In this document: positions 9,797 through 19,941 of the stretch, piece by piece
How positions within the stretch are numbered: the stretch's first letter is position 1
How the letters are laid out: the number at the start of each line of letters is the position of its first letter
Assembly: GCA_963989605.1 (NCBI GenBank)
Contig: CAXEFH010000001.1
Location: 1 to 58,767 of the forward strand
From: an uncultured Roseibacillus sp.
GTDB taxonomy: Bacteria; Verrucomicrobiota; Verrucomicrobiia; Verrucomicrobiales; Akkermansiaceae
Length of the DNA stretch: 58,767 nucleotides
Reading direction: 5' to 3'
Made by a program: the position numbers and the translations under genes
The notes under the pieces: generated by a model
Told to the model about the DNA's origin: nothing
The model's input: the letters and a program-made list of their open reading frames with translations, nothing else
The model's database searches: none

Positions 9797-10645
9797 ATGC
9801 GCGCGGTTCTGACCATGTCCCTTCTGGCCTCCAGCCCTCTCCTATTCGGGGCCCCGAGACCGGAGGTCCGGAAGCCCGATGAAGTCGTTGTCTATCGCAA
9901 GACTGATCAGGCCGAACTTGAGGTTGAGATCTTCCGGCCGAGGAACTGGAAACCAGAGGATCGCCGTTCCGCCGTGGTCTTTTTTTTCGGCGGAGGCTGG
10001 GTTGGAGGATCAACAAGTCAGTTTTACCCGCAGGCGACAAGACTGGCATCCCTTGGAATGGTCACCTACTGCGCCGACTACCGGGTTCAGAGCCGGCACA
10101 AGACATCTCCTTTTGAGGCAGTGGAGGACGCCAAGGCAGCAACCCGCTGGATCTGGCGGAACGCAAAGGATCAGGGTGTGAGCCGGGACAAGATTGTTGC
10201 GGCTGGGGGGTCTGCCGGCGGGCACCTGGCCGCCTGCTGTGGTCTCGTGGCAGGCTATGACGAGATCCGTGATGGGGAGCCCGGCTTCATCCCTGCGGCT
10301 ATGGTCCTTTTTAATCCGGTGATTGATACGTCACGGAAAGGATACGGCTACGGGAAGCTGAAACAACGTTATCGGGAAATCTCTCCAGTGGAGCATGTTC
10401 ACGCCGCGGTGGCTCCGACCCTAGTGCTTGTTGGCTCCGCCGATACCACGACCCCGCCAGCCGGACACAAGCTCTTCAAGGCCCGGATGGATAAGAGAGG
10501 ACGTTCCTGTCGCCTGTTTGTCTCTGAGGGCCAGAAACACGGCTTTTTCAATCCACGGGGAGACAACAGCCAATATTGGACGACGATGGGAATAATGGAG
10601 GAATTCCTCCACACGGAGGGGCTATTGACTGCCCCTGGAAATTAG
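9797..10645 (+). CDS. secreted alpha/beta hydrolase (carboxylesterase type)
   Basis: The ATG at 9797 gives signal peptide MRAVLTMSLLASSPLLFGA. FFFGGGWVGG oxyanion motif, GGSAGGH nucleophile elbow, downstream GSADTT and QKHGF. The listed ORF start at 9410 is antisense overlap with the HAD gene. Confidence 0.8.
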   Translation: MRAVLTMSLLASSPLLFGAPRPEVRKPDEVVVYRKTDQAELEVEIFRPRNWKPEDRRSAVVFFFGGGWVGGSTSQFYPQATRLASLGMVTYCADYRVQSRHKTSPFEAVEDAKAATRWIWRNAKDQGVSRDKIVAAGGSAGGHLAACCGLVAGYDEIRDGEPGFIPAAMVLFNPVIDTSRKGYGYGKLKQRYREISPVEHVHAAVAPTLVLVGSADTTTPPAGHKLFKARMDKRGRSCRLFVSEGQKHGFFNPRGDNSQYWTTMGIMEEFLHTEGLLTAPGN

Positions 10646-10671
10646 CAGCTGGTCTGCCCGGAGACGTGCAA

Positions 10672-12177
10672 TTATCGCCGTTTTGCTTCCGGGTAGCGGG
10701 CGAGGATCCCTTTCAGCGTCGCAAGCATTTCAGGCTTTTCTCCAGCAAGATTTTTTTGCTCCACAGATGTTTCGTCGTAATCGTAAAGCTCGAATTGTGC
10801 GGTCTTGGCTGGAGCCCCGGGCTTTTTCCATTCGACCAACCGGTACCGCTCCGTCCGGATCGCCCTGCCAATCACCCCTCCCCTCCGGGGGTAGCAGTGA
10901 AAGGCGTGGTCCCGCACCCGAGCGGCCGGATCCCTGAGGACTGGGAGGAGGCTTTTGCCGCTTAGAGGCTGGGGTCCCTTCGGGCGGGGCAGGCCGCTGA
11001 GCTCGGTAAGGGTCGGGAACAGGTCAACGCTTTCCGCAAGTTGTCTTGTCGAAGTTCCTTTCCCGGTGACGCCGGGGGCGACAATCACCAGTGGAATCCG
11101 GGTAGCTTGCTCGTAGTTCGTGTGCTTTGTCCAGATCCCAAGATCTCCAAGGTGGAAGCCATGGTCTCCCCAGAGAACAACGATGGTGTCGCTGGTGAGG
11201 CGGAGGCGATCGAGCTCCATCATCACTTTTCCTATTTGGGCGTCCATATAGCTGACACTCGCGTAATATCCGTGAATGAGCTGGCGTTTCAGTTCTTCAG
11301 TGTAGTCCTCATTTTTTTGAGGAACCGGAGAATACATCGCAATTTCTCCAGCGCGCTTATGAGCGATTCCCGGGGAGCCCTTTGGATGGTTCGGAAAGGG
11401 GGAGAGGGGGAACTTGGACGCGTCGTGAAGGTCCCAGTATTTTTGCGGGGCGCTGAAGGGGAGGTGTGGGCGGACAAAACCGACGGCCATGAAAAATGGA
11501 TCCTTTCGGTTCTTGGCCGCCCGAAGCCGCTTGATGGCCTCGGCCGCAACTCTTCCATCGGCATAATCTTCATCGCGAGAGTCTGTTGCTTCAAAAGCGG
11601 CACCTCGCGGGAGAGAGCGAATCTGGTCGAGCTTCTGGTTGGTGAAGTAGGCCTCCTCCCGGGTGAGCTTACCCCCTTCCGTGCTGGCAGGGTCGAGATA
11701 CTCGATGACCTTGTCGTGGAAATGCGGAACACTAAAGGACTCCGGATCTCCCTCGTTCCCATGACCGATGTGGAAAATTTTTCCCATCGATTCCGTATGA
11801 TAGCCATGTTTCGCAAAAAACTGGGGCATGGTGACGGCCTCCGGCATGGAACGCCGTAACTTATGTCCGAGCCCGTAGAGTCCAGTTGCGGTGGAATGGG
11901 CTCCAAGCATCAGGGTAAATCGGGAGGGAGCGCAAACCGCCTGATTGCAGTAGGCCAAGTCGAATCTCAGGCCTCGAGCGGCTAGTTGATCTAGATTGGG
12001 GGTCTTGGCATATGGGTCGCCGTAGCAGCCCAAGGCAGGCTTCAAGTCATCGACAAGGAGAAGGAGAATGTTGGGGCGAGCGGAGGGGGCATCCTCGGAC
12101 CGGGCCGCTCCCAGTGCCAAGGTGAGAAGAGCAAGAGAGAGAACGACCGGAATCTGTGGGAGCGACAGCATGGTCAT
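10672..12177 (-). CDS. sulfatase (formylglycine-dependent)
   Basis: Signal peptide. LLLLVDDL metal-binding start. Formylglycine motif CAPSRFTLMLG (C-x-P-S-R). WGDHGFHLG. Confidence 0.92.
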   Translation of the reverse strand: MTMLSLPQIPVVLSLALLTLALGAARSEDAPSARPNILLLLVDDLKPALGCYGDPYAKTPNLDQLAARGLRFDLAYCNQAVCAPSRFTLMLGAHSTATGLYGLGHKLRRSMPEAVTMPQFFAKHGYHTESMGKIFHIGHGNEGDPESFSVPHFHDKVIEYLDPASTEGGKLTREEAYFTNQKLDQIRSLPRGAAFEATDSRDEDYADGRVAAEAIKRLRAAKNRKDPFFMAVGFVRPHLPFSAPQKYWDLHDASKFPLSPFPNHPKGSPGIAHKRAGEIAMYSPVPQKNEDYTEELKRQLIHGYYASVSYMDAQIGKVMMELDRLRLTSDTIVVLWGDHGFHLGDLGIWTKHTNYEQATRIPLVIVAPGVTGKGTSTRQLAESVDLFPTLTELSGLPRPKGPQPLSGKSLLPVLRDPAARVRDHAFHCYPRRGGVIGRAIRTERYRLVEWKKPGAPAKTAQFELYDYDETSVEQKNLAGEKPEMLATLKGILARYPEAKRR

Positions 12178-12266
12178 GAATCTAGTAGGAGATACGGGAT
12201 GCCCACCAGTAAAACCCCGCCTTCCAGCACATCGCCGTGATGGGTGTGTTTCTTTCTCCTGAGAGC

Positions 12267-12941
12267 TCAGGCCTCTCGGATGGCACAGATCGCTTGGCTG
12301 ATGTCGGGGGCCTTGAAGGTCGAGGAACCCGCCACGAACACGTTTGCCCCGGCAGTAGCGGCTGCGGGGGCGGTCCGGGGATCGATGCCGCCATCAACCT
12401 CGATGTGAAACGAGAGTGAATGCCGGTCCCTGATCCGGACAGCCTCTTCGATCTTCGGCAGGACTTCCGGCATGAAGGCTTGTCCTCCGAAACCGGGGAC
12501 GACCGTCATAACGAGGAGCAGGTCGATCTGGTCGAGATAGGGCTCAACCATTTCCAGTGGAGTGGCGGGGTTCAGCGCAAGACCGTTCATGCAGCTCCCA
12601 TCCCTGATCATTTTAAGAGTGGCTGCAATCTCGTGATGAGCCTCCGGCTCGGCGTGGACGGAAATCAGGTCTGCTCCCGCCTCCAGAAAGCGTGGGACGT
12701 AGTGATCAGGCCTCTCGATCATGAGGTGCACATCGAGAAAAATATCGTTGGTGGCGTGAATGGCTTCCACCATCGCGGGGCCAAAGGAGATATTATCAAC
12801 AAAATGTCCGTCCATGACGTCGAGGTGCAACCAATCGGCCCCACCTGTGATTGCCCTGGAACATTCTTCCACGATACGGGAAAAATCTGCGGCCAGCACG
12901 GAGGGGGCGACAATCCTGTCGGCATTGCTCCATTTCTTCAC
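12267..12941 (-). CDS. rpe: ribulose-phosphate 3-epimerase
   Basis: PSVLAADF, HLDVMDGHFVDNISFG, VMTVVPGFGGQ and EVDGGI motifs. 224 aa. Confidence 0.95.
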   Translation of the reverse strand: MKKWSNADRIVAPSVLAADFSRIVEECSRAITGGADWLHLDVMDGHFVDNISFGPAMVEAIHATNDIFLDVHLMIERPDHYVPRFLEAGADLISVHAEPEAHHEIAATLKMIRDGSCMNGLALNPATPLEMVEPYLDQIDLLLVMTVVPGFGGQAFMPEVLPKIEEAVRIRDRHSLSFHIEVDGGIDPRTAPAAATAGANVFVAGSSTFKAPDISQAICAIREA

Positions 12942-13109
12942 CTCCTTGGTTTAGCTGGCCGGCGCTTCTTTTCAAGACTTCCGCAACAAGGCAGGAAGGG
13001 AAGGAGGGCCATTTTGGACCTCCGCTCAATGTGTGGTGGTCTTCGGGATTTACCGAGGAAGGCGATTTCGAGGTTTGGCTGGGCCCCTCCTTGTGCTTGC
13101 CTCATTCCC

Positions 13110-13643
13110 GTGAGGGACGAACCGATCATTGACCTTACAAGCGATGCCTACTTCATGGGGCAGGCCCTGCGAGAGGCACACAAGGCCTATGCTGCCGAGG
13201 AGGTGCCGATCGGCGCTGTTGTGGTCTGTGAAGGAAAGGTGATCGCCCGGGGTTGGAATCAGGTCGAGACCCTGAGCGATGCGACCGCCCATGCGGAGAT
13301 GCTCGCGCTAACTGCCGCCCAGAATATGATCGGGGACTGGAGGCTGGAAAACTGCACGCTCTATGTCACCAAGGAGCCCTGTCCGATGTGTGCGGGGGCG
13401 ATTATTCATTGCCGGCCCGAGCGAGTCGTGTTCGGGTGCCCGGACCTGAAGGGAGGGGCGGCAGGTGGGTGGATTAACCTTCTGGATGCCAATCCGCCGC
13501 TCAATCATCGTTGTGAGGCGACGGGTGGGGTGCTGCAGGACGAGTGCGTGGACCTTCTCCAGAACTTTTTCCGGGAAGCGAGAGCCAAGAAGGCTGGGAG
13601 GATAGCCGATGGGGCGAGCCCTGAAGGCCCATCGCTGAAATAG
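13110..13643 (+). CDS. tadA: tRNA adenosine(34) deaminase
   Basis: CMP/dCMP-deaminase zinc motifs HAEMLAL and PCPMCAGAI. FMGQALREA N-terminal helix. The start is uncertain: GTG 13110 or ATG 13155. The ORF listed from 12420 is antisense overlap with rpe. Confidence 0.88.
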   Translation: MRDEPIIDLTSDAYFMGQALREAHKAYAAEEVPIGAVVVCEGKVIARGWNQVETLSDATAHAEMLALTAAQNMIGDWRLENCTLYVTKEPCPMCAGAIIHCRPERVVFGCPDLKGGAAGGWINLLDANPPLNHRCEATGGVLQDECVDLLQNFFREARAKKAGRIADGASPEGPSLK

Positions 13644-13656
13644 CCTGAACTAACGG

Positions 13657-14355
13657 TCAGGGCTTTCTCCGAAGGAAGGCAAAAAGGCCAAGACCGATTG
13701 CTCCGAGCAGGGCTGTGCTTGGTTCCGGAATCTGAAAGGTTCCCGTAGGAAACGAAGGTGTCGCGGTAAGGTTGGTCCCGTTATCACTTCCTCCGTCAAA
13801 ATTGTCATCACCGTCCCAAGCGTTGGGACCAGAGAATGTCCAATTACCGGCGTCGAAGACCCCATCATTCGCGAGAACTCCATCATTCCGGTAGGACCAT
13901 CCGTCTACAGTGTCCCACGCTGTGCCGGTTCCGTCGGTATTGATATCGCCAAAGACATCGATAACGGACTCAGCCCCTGAGAATGATCCTGTGGCGTCGA
14001 AGAAGAGCTCGATTGCGTCGTCTCCATTGTGATTGATGCCATTTCCTCCAACATGACCTGGCGCAACGCCAAACCACTGAGCGAAATCCGTATCCTCAGT
14101 GCCTACGAAGAAAAAACTTCCGGCCGAAAGGGGTTGGCTGGGAAGAATGGTCTCCACGCCATCGGTTCCGCCGCCATTGTTCGCGACACCAAGGGCGAAA
14201 TTTGAGAGGTCAGGGATATTCGCGGTGGCAAACAGCTCCACACCCTTGGGGTCTCCTCCCGGGAGGGGTCCATCGAACACGCCCGTGATAATTAACGCAC
14301 CCTGAGAGGGAATGGTAAGCGTGACGCAGAGAGTAAACAGGGAAAGTAACTTCAT
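13657..14355 (-). CDS. PEP-CTERM sorting-domain protein
   Basis: Signal peptide from the Met at 14355 (MKLLSLFTLCVTLTIPSQGA). The C-terminus is PEPSTALLGAIGLGLFAFLRRKP, i.e. a PEP motif, a TM helix and a basic tail. The mature part is Gly/Asp/Asn-rich. Confidence 0.85.
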   Translation of the reverse strand: MKLLSLFTLCVTLTIPSQGALIITGVFDGPLPGGDPKGVELFATANIPDLSNFALGVANNGGGTDGVETILPSQPLSAGSFFFVGTEDTDFAQWFGVAPGHVGGNGINHNGDDAIELFFDATGSFSGAESVIDVFGDINTDGTGTAWDTVDGWSYRNDGVLANDGVFDAGNWTFSGPNAWDGDDNFDGGSDNGTNLTATPSFPTGTFQIPEPSTALLGAIGLGLFAFLRRKP

Positions 14356-14536
14356 CAAACAGTGGCGGTTTCCAGCCCAAATCTGTTGGGAACTGAAACA
14401 CGATGCAAGCAGATATTGTTCCAACAGGAGGCAGATTTTGTTCCAATCGGGGCGGATTCAGCCCTTGCTAGGCGTTAGGCTCACTCACGCATGCTCTTGT
14501 GGGGGCTTGCTGGGCCGCTATGGGCTATTCTAGGCT

Positions 14537-15670
14537 GTGGTCATGTCAGGGCCGGTTCATGCTGTTATTGGTACCGATGAAGGCCGGGTGTCGGAGGAGG
14601 CGCTTGCGCTTTTTAATGAGCTTAAGCCCGTTGGAGAGGCAGAGGAGTTCACGAACGATGTGATCGAGGGGACCGCAGCGAATGCGGAGGAAGCCTACCG
14701 TGCCTGCGCGAGGACGATTGAGGCATTGCAAACCGTCGGGTTCTTTGGAGCCGATAAGATCGTATGGCTGAAGGGAGCCAATTTCCTGGCAGATGACCGA
14801 ACCGGGGGGTCGGAAAGAGCCAAGGAGGGAGTGGAGGACCTGCTGGAGGTTCTTAAGGCGGGAACCGGTAATGAGGTGATATTTCTTATCAGCGCGGTGG
14901 CGATCGACAAGCGCCGGGGGTTTTACAAATGGCTTCAGAAAAATGGCGAGGTAGCAGCCTTCGATAAAATCGACGTCTCCAAGGATGGCTGGGAGGATGA
15001 AGTAGCCTTGCTGGTGACCACCCGGGCGAAGGAGCTGGGACTCGCATTCGAGCATGAGGCATTGGACCTGTTCGTCCAGATGGCGGGGGAAGAGACCCGT
15101 CAGATTAGCAACGAACTTGAGAAACTTAGCCTCTACCTTGGTGACCGCAGGCTGATTGAGCTTGAGGATGTTCGCCTGATCGTTCCTCTCAGCCGGAAAG
15201 GAGTGGTCTGGGAAATAGGCAGGGCCCTTGAAAGCCGTGATACTGGGCGGGCGATCTCACTGATCGATGCCCAGTTCGAGAAAGGAGAGAGCCCGATTGG
15301 ATTGATGCGCGCGGCGATCATCCCGACCATCCGCAATCTTTTCATGGCGCGGGTCCTGCTGGATGCTCACCCCAAGCTTCCTGTACATAATGGACGGTCC
15401 TTCACGGTGGCCCTGAATCAGCTTCCTGAAGGAGACATTGCATGGTTGCCTCGGACTAAGAGCGGGAGTGTCAACGCCTGGGGGCTTTTCTTCGCCGCCC
15501 GGAAAGCCGGGCAAGTGACCACCGGCGAGATGAGACAGGCGCTGGAATCAGCACTGCACGCTGACAAGTCGCTTGTCACGACCCAGCTGGATCCTCGCAT
15601 GGTTCTGCACCGGTTGGTCGCTGACCTCACCATGGGAATGGGCAAGAGTCGTTCGCGGAAGAGCGCATGA
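14537..15670 (+). CDS. holA: DNA polymerase III subunit delta
   Basis: 377 aa. The N-terminus (HAVIGTDEGRVSEEALALFNEL) and overall helical three-domain layout resemble HolA. There is no sharp motif, so the call is by general resemblance. Confidence 0.6.
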   Translation: MVMSGPVHAVIGTDEGRVSEEALALFNELKPVGEAEEFTNDVIEGTAANAEEAYRACARTIEALQTVGFFGADKIVWLKGANFLADDRTGGSERAKEGVEDLLEVLKAGTGNEVIFLISAVAIDKRRGFYKWLQKNGEVAAFDKIDVSKDGWEDEVALLVTTRAKELGLAFEHEALDLFVQMAGEETRQISNELEKLSLYLGDRRLIELEDVRLIVPLSRKGVVWEIGRALESRDTGRAISLIDAQFEKGESPIGLMRAAIIPTIRNLFMARVLLDAHPKLPVHNGRSFTVALNQLPEGDIAWLPRTKSGSVNAWGLFFAARKAGQVTTGEMRQALESALHADKSLVTTQLDPRMVLHRLVADLTMGMGKSRSRKSA

Positions 15671-15732
15671 GGAGAGGGGTGTCCCCGAAAACGTATCCTT
15701 GATAAACGGGCCGGCCGTGTTGCCCTTGGGGC

Positions 15733-16104
15733 ATGAAAATTGTCATTTCAGGTCTTCTTGTGGGAGTGGCCGCCGGGTTGGTCGGGGCCCTGTGTGGAGT
15801 GGGTGGAGGAATTCTCATGGTTCCCGCGTTCGTCCTCGCTCTCGGCATGGGTCAAAAGCATGCGGTCGCGACGTCGCTGGCCGTAGTTGTTGTTACCGCT
15901 CTGGCGGGAACCGCAAATCACGTCTTGAGAAAGAGTGACCTCATCGATTGGAGGCTGGTTGCCTTTACGGCCGTGGGAGCTGCGGTGGCGGCTTGGTATG
16001 GGACAGAGCTTATGAGAACCATGAGCAACCAGCAGCTCACCAGAATATTCGGAGTCCTTCTGATTCTGGTGGGGGCCCGGATGCTGATGCTGAAAGCGGC
16101 CTAG
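15733..16104 (+). CDS. TSUP/TauE-SafE family membrane protein, half-size
   Basis: 123 aa with 4 predicted TM helices. GVGGGILMVP motif typical of DUF81/TauE-SafE transporters. This is about half the usual length. Confidence 0.7.
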   Translation: MKIVISGLLVGVAAGLVGALCGVGGGILMVPAFVLALGMGQKHAVATSLAVVVVTALAGTANHVLRKSDLIDWRLVAFTAVGAAVAAWYGTELMRTMSNQQLTRIFGVLLILVGARMLMLKAA

Positions 16105-17231
16105 CGCTCTGATATTGGCGGGACCGGGGAGAGCTCCCGGGGCCCGACATACTCGGTGAGGGGACGGTAAAGCCGGTTGTCTTCGAGTTGCTCGAGAACC
16201 TGGGCAGTCCATCCGCTGGTCCGGGCAATAGCAAAGATGGGGGTAAAGAGGTCAGTTGGCAGTCCAAGGGAGTAATAGACCGTGGCAGAGTAGAAATCGA
16301 CGTTTGCATTCAATCCCTTGCGCTCTTCCATGAGCTTCGCGATGCGCTCTGACATCTGGACCCACTTCGGTTCGCCGAGCTCCTCGGTCAGCTTGCGGGC
16401 CATCCGCTTCAGATGGGGAGCGCGTGGATCCAGAACCTTGTAGATCCTGTGGCCAATGCCCATGATCTTCCGCTTGTTTGCAAGGGCGTCGTCTACGTAG
16501 GCGTCCACCTTGTCCACGGAGCCGATCTCCTCGAGCATCTTGATGACTCCCTCGTTGGCGCCCCCGTGGAGCGGGCCCTTCAACGTGCCAATCGCGGAGG
16601 TAATGGCGGAGTAGAAGTCCGAGAGGGTTGCTATGGTCACACGGGCCGAGAAGGTGGAAGCATTCATCCCATGGTCTGCGTGCAGGATGTATGCAACGTC
16701 GAGGGTTCTGGTTGCCTGTGCGCCAGGCTCCTCCCCGGTATAGAGGTAGATGAAATGACCCGCCTCTGACAGGTCCTCGCGGATCGGAGGAAGATCAAGC
16801 CCCTGCCGGGCCCGGTGGAAGTAGGCGACGATTGTTCCTACCTGCGCACATAGCGACATGGCGACTTCTCGGTTGGCGTCATGATCAGGCTCTCCGATCT
16901 TTGCTCGATCGTCGTAAAGGCCAAGCATGGAAACGGCGGTGCGCAGGACATCCATGGGACCAGCGGCCTTCGGGGCCGCCAGAAGATAATCGATGACTCC
17001 CTGGGGGATTGCCCGCCGGCTGGCCAGGTCCTTCTTGAAAGCGTCCAGTTCTTCAGCCGTTGGCAGTTTGCGGTGGTAGAGGAGGTAGACTACCTCCTCG
17101 TAGCAGCAGTGCTCCACGAGATCGTCGATGTGATAGCCCAGATAGGAGAGACGGCCCTCAAGGCCTTCGACGTTTGAGAGAACGGATTCGTTGGCAGTGA
17201 CTCCTTCGAGGCCTTTGGCGTAATCGGACAC
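16101..17231 (-). CDS. gltA: citrate synthase (small ~375-aa type)
   Basis: Catalytic motifs ILHADHGMNAST and MGIGHRIYKVLDPRA. C-terminal ARTSGW. Confidence 0.93.
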   Translation of the reverse strand: MSDYAKGLEGVTANESVLSNVEGLEGRLSYLGYHIDDLVEHCCYEEVVYLLYHRKLPTAEELDAFKKDLASRRAIPQGVIDYLLAAPKAAGPMDVLRTAVSMLGLYDDRAKIGEPDHDANREVAMSLCAQVGTIVAYFHRARQGLDLPPIREDLSEAGHFIYLYTGEEPGAQATRTLDVAYILHADHGMNASTFSARVTIATLSDFYSAITSAIGTLKGPLHGGANEGVIKMLEEIGSVDKVDAYVDDALANKRKIMGIGHRIYKVLDPRAPHLKRMARKLTEELGEPKWVQMSERIAKLMEERKGLNANVDFYSATVYYSLGLPTDLFTPIFAIARTSGWTAQVLEQLEDNRLYRPLTEYVGPRELSPVPPISER

Positions 17232-17389
17232 AGGTCAAATGGGGGTGGGCAGTGAATCGCATCCTTCCTGAAGTGGAAGATGCGCCCGGAGAAAAAAGCG
17301 GCCCAGAGCACAACGCGCAAGATGTAATGGATGAAGATTTCGAATCGTTTCTTGATTGGAGACTTTCCGGTGAAGTCTACCATCAGGCC

Positions 17390-18085
17390 GTGGGAGTGGG
17401 ATTTACCATCGCGATAGAGACGAGTGTCGCCCAGGGATCGGTGGCCCTCGCCCGGCAGGGAGAGGTGATTCGAACAGAACAATTCGAGGCTTCGAGGCGC
17501 TCCTCGGAGGTCCTGATTGCGCCCCTCTCCAAGATCTTGGATCTCGTTGGGGATGATAGAGTGGAGCTGGTTTTGGTCGGTACCGGGCCAGGCAGTTACA
17601 ACGGCGCGAGGGTAGGAATTGCTGCTGCACAGGGCATCGGGATTGTCCACCACTGCCCAGCGGTTGGGATTTCCTCGCTGGAGGGGCTGCCCGTGGTCCG
17701 GTCCGGAGGCCCCTGCGTTGCTCTGGGAGATGCACGCAGAGGAGCATTTTTCACAACCGTCCTCAGCCAGGGAAAGCTGTTGGAAGCTCCGGTCCTTTCC
17801 GACCACACTCAATTCGAGCAGCGGGTTCGCGGGGCAGTGGAGCGAGGATGGTCCCTCGTGACTCTGGATGAAAGCAGCCGCCTCGGCCTCTCGGATTGCG
17901 AGATTCTTACCGAGGTGCCTGCGGCCGTTCTCCTGCTGGAGGCGTGGCTGGGGCGGTCGCCAGAGGAGCAGCAGGAACTACTGGGACTGCCACCCCAGCC
18001 TTTTTACCTTCGCCCCCCCCATATCACTCAACCGGGAGGGGCCTCAGGAAAGAGCGGCGGGAGTCCAGGGAGAGACTCTGTTTGA
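17390..18085 (+). CDS. tsaB: tRNA threonylcarbamoyladenosine biosynthesis protein TsaB
   Basis: FTIAIETSVAQGSVAL N-terminus and VGTGPGSYNGARVGIAAAQG (M22/TsaB family). The start is uncertain: GTG 17390 is chosen for the typical length, while the ORF is open from 17252. Confidence 0.8.
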   Translation: MGVGFTIAIETSVAQGSVALARQGEVIRTEQFEASRRSSEVLIAPLSKILDLVGDDRVELVLVGTGPGSYNGARVGIAAAQGIGIVHHCPAVGISSLEGLPVVRSGGPCVALGDARRGAFFTTVLSQGKLLEAPVLSDHTQFEQRVRGAVERGWSLVTLDESSRLGLSDCEILTEVPAAVLLLEAWLGRSPEEQQELLGLPPQPFYLRPPHITQPGGASGKSGGSPGRDSV

Positions 18086-18143
18086 GGCAGCGATTAATAC
18101 TGGGGCATGTCATCTCAGGAGGGGCGATTCTGAGGCCTGGCCC

Positions 18144-19898
18144 TCAGGACCAGAGCTTGATGGCTTTCATCAGATCTGATTCCCGGCGCCGGCAGGGAGG
18201 GCTGCTACCGTAGGTAATGGCATAATGGTAGTGCAGAAGGTCTTTTGCGAATCCGGGTTCACGGTGGTTTTGTGCAAGAGAGTGAAGCTGCTGCCGCAGA
18301 GTGCGGCTGGGAGGCATGGGATGCCCATGCAGCGCGCAGGCTTGCCGGAAGCGGGCGAGATAGTCCGGAGTGGCTGGAAGGAGCCCTTCGGAAACCAGTT
18401 CGGACTTCTCTGGAGGTTTTCGACGAAGACGAAGCAACAGGAAGGAGAAAGGAAGAAGTCCGACTCCAGTGCCGAGGGCTATGTAAGTCCAGAGGTGTGT
18501 CTCGCTCACTGGAGTGAGCGAGGAAGAGTCTGCCTGCAACTGACCATTTTCCAACAGCGGAGGCACTTCGGCGGAGTCGGCGATGTCAATCGGCGTTCTC
18601 GCTCCAGGGGGAGTGGTGTCAAATACAACCCAGCCGACGTCCTCGAGATAGATTTCGGTCCATGCGTGGGCCTCGCTGGCGCGAAACATCAGATACCCCG
18701 GGCCTTCGTACCACTTGCCTCCGCTCCAGCCGTAGGCGATCCGGGACGGGATGTTCAGGGCTCGACAGAGGAGGGCGCCGGCAGTGGCAAAGAACTCACA
18801 ATGGCCTCGCTTTTCGTAACGCATGAAGTTCAGGACAGGGTCGATGCCCCCGGGGTTTTCGATATCGAGAGAGTATTGGAAATTAGTCCAGAGAAGGTTT
18901 CTCAGTCCCACCAGACGGGTGGCAGGATCGCCGAGAGTCTTGCTCGAGAGGTTGATGATCTCGTCCCGGAGCCCTTCGTCAGAGGGAAGTTGCAGGCGGG
19001 GAGAGTCCTCCGGCAAGGAAGGAAACCTTAAGTTCGAAAGCTCGCCGGACTCGAGGAGGCCGGAAAGGGTAACGGTCTTTGCCGCCACTTCATACGTGTA
19101 GCCCTTTTCGGGATCTTTTGCCGGGTTCAGGCGGAAAATGCCCGGGTCTACATGCCGGAGCTGCGGCACCCACCCCTGGAAGGCCCCCTGTGGGGCCGTG
19201 AAGAGGTCCTCGCCCCGGGGGTGTGACGATTGGATAATTTCACCTCGGAGCATGAGGCCCGGCCGGGTTTCTGGTTGTTGCAGCTTGACCCTGCCGCCCT
19301 CGTCGGGGACGAGCAGTGCAGGGGGCATTCCAACGGGTGTCCATGTCGCTTTATCAAACCGTTCCAGCGCGAAGGCCCGAAGATAAGCCCTGTTGCGGAG
19401 AAGGGCTCGGGTTGTCGATGGGTCACGGGGCCGGAAAAAAATTTCGGGCTTGTTCGACGGGCGAGCGTTGCTGGTCAGCGGCAGGGGCCGGCGTCCTCTG
19501 GCGTCCCAGAGCCAGTTCCCGGAAATACTGCCACCGTGTGTGGTCGGGCTCTCTTCTGATTCAGACGTCATGTCCTCGAGCCCTCTTGCGGAAATGGTCT
19601 CAGAGACAAGTCGTGACAGGGATTCGGCGTGGGGAGGAACCACGGTAAGGAAACACAGGAAGAGGCACTCGATGCTCAGGACCCCGAATCCGACAGCAAG
19701 GTAGTCGGACCAGGAAGGAGGGCGGCGGGACTGCGCGATACTTCCTCCCAAGCGGGACTTTTTTTGCCAGAGGCCAATTCCTAGCACGAGGATCAGGACC
19801 GCAAGACAGTTCCTGAGAACGGAATGCAGTCCTTCCGGCCAGCCGCGAAGCAGAAGGTAGGCGGCGGCGACCGTAAGGGCGAGAAAGAGACTGCGCAT
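18144..19898 (-). CDS. transglutaminase-like membrane protein (TgpA-like)
   Basis: N-terminal TM helices. Transglutaminase Cys-His-Asp core (RGHCEFFATAGALLCRALNIPSRIAYGW, EAHAWTEIYL, VVFDTTP). A C-terminal TM helix plus tail. Confidence 0.85.
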   Translation of the reverse strand: MRSLFLALTVAAAYLLLRGWPEGLHSVLRNCLAVLILVLGIGLWQKKSRLGGSIAQSRRPPSWSDYLAVGFGVLSIECLFLCFLTVVPPHAESLSRLVSETISARGLEDMTSESEESPTTHGGSISGNWLWDARGRRPLPLTSNARPSNKPEIFFRPRDPSTTRALLRNRAYLRAFALERFDKATWTPVGMPPALLVPDEGGRVKLQQPETRPGLMLRGEIIQSSHPRGEDLFTAPQGAFQGWVPQLRHVDPGIFRLNPAKDPEKGYTYEVAAKTVTLSGLLESGELSNLRFPSLPEDSPRLQLPSDEGLRDEIINLSSKTLGDPATRLVGLRNLLWTNFQYSLDIENPGGIDPVLNFMRYEKRGHCEFFATAGALLCRALNIPSRIAYGWSGGKWYEGPGYLMFRASEAHAWTEIYLEDVGWVVFDTTPPGARTPIDIADSAEVPPLLENGQLQADSSSLTPVSETHLWTYIALGTGVGLLPFSFLLLRLRRKPPEKSELVSEGLLPATPDYLARFRQACALHGHPMPPSRTLRQQLHSLAQNHREPGFAKDLLHYHYAITYGSSPPCRRRESDLMKAIKLWS

Positions 19899-19941
19899 TG
19901 GAAATGCTCCCCGGGTCAGCCGGGAAGGGAGGAAGACTTTT

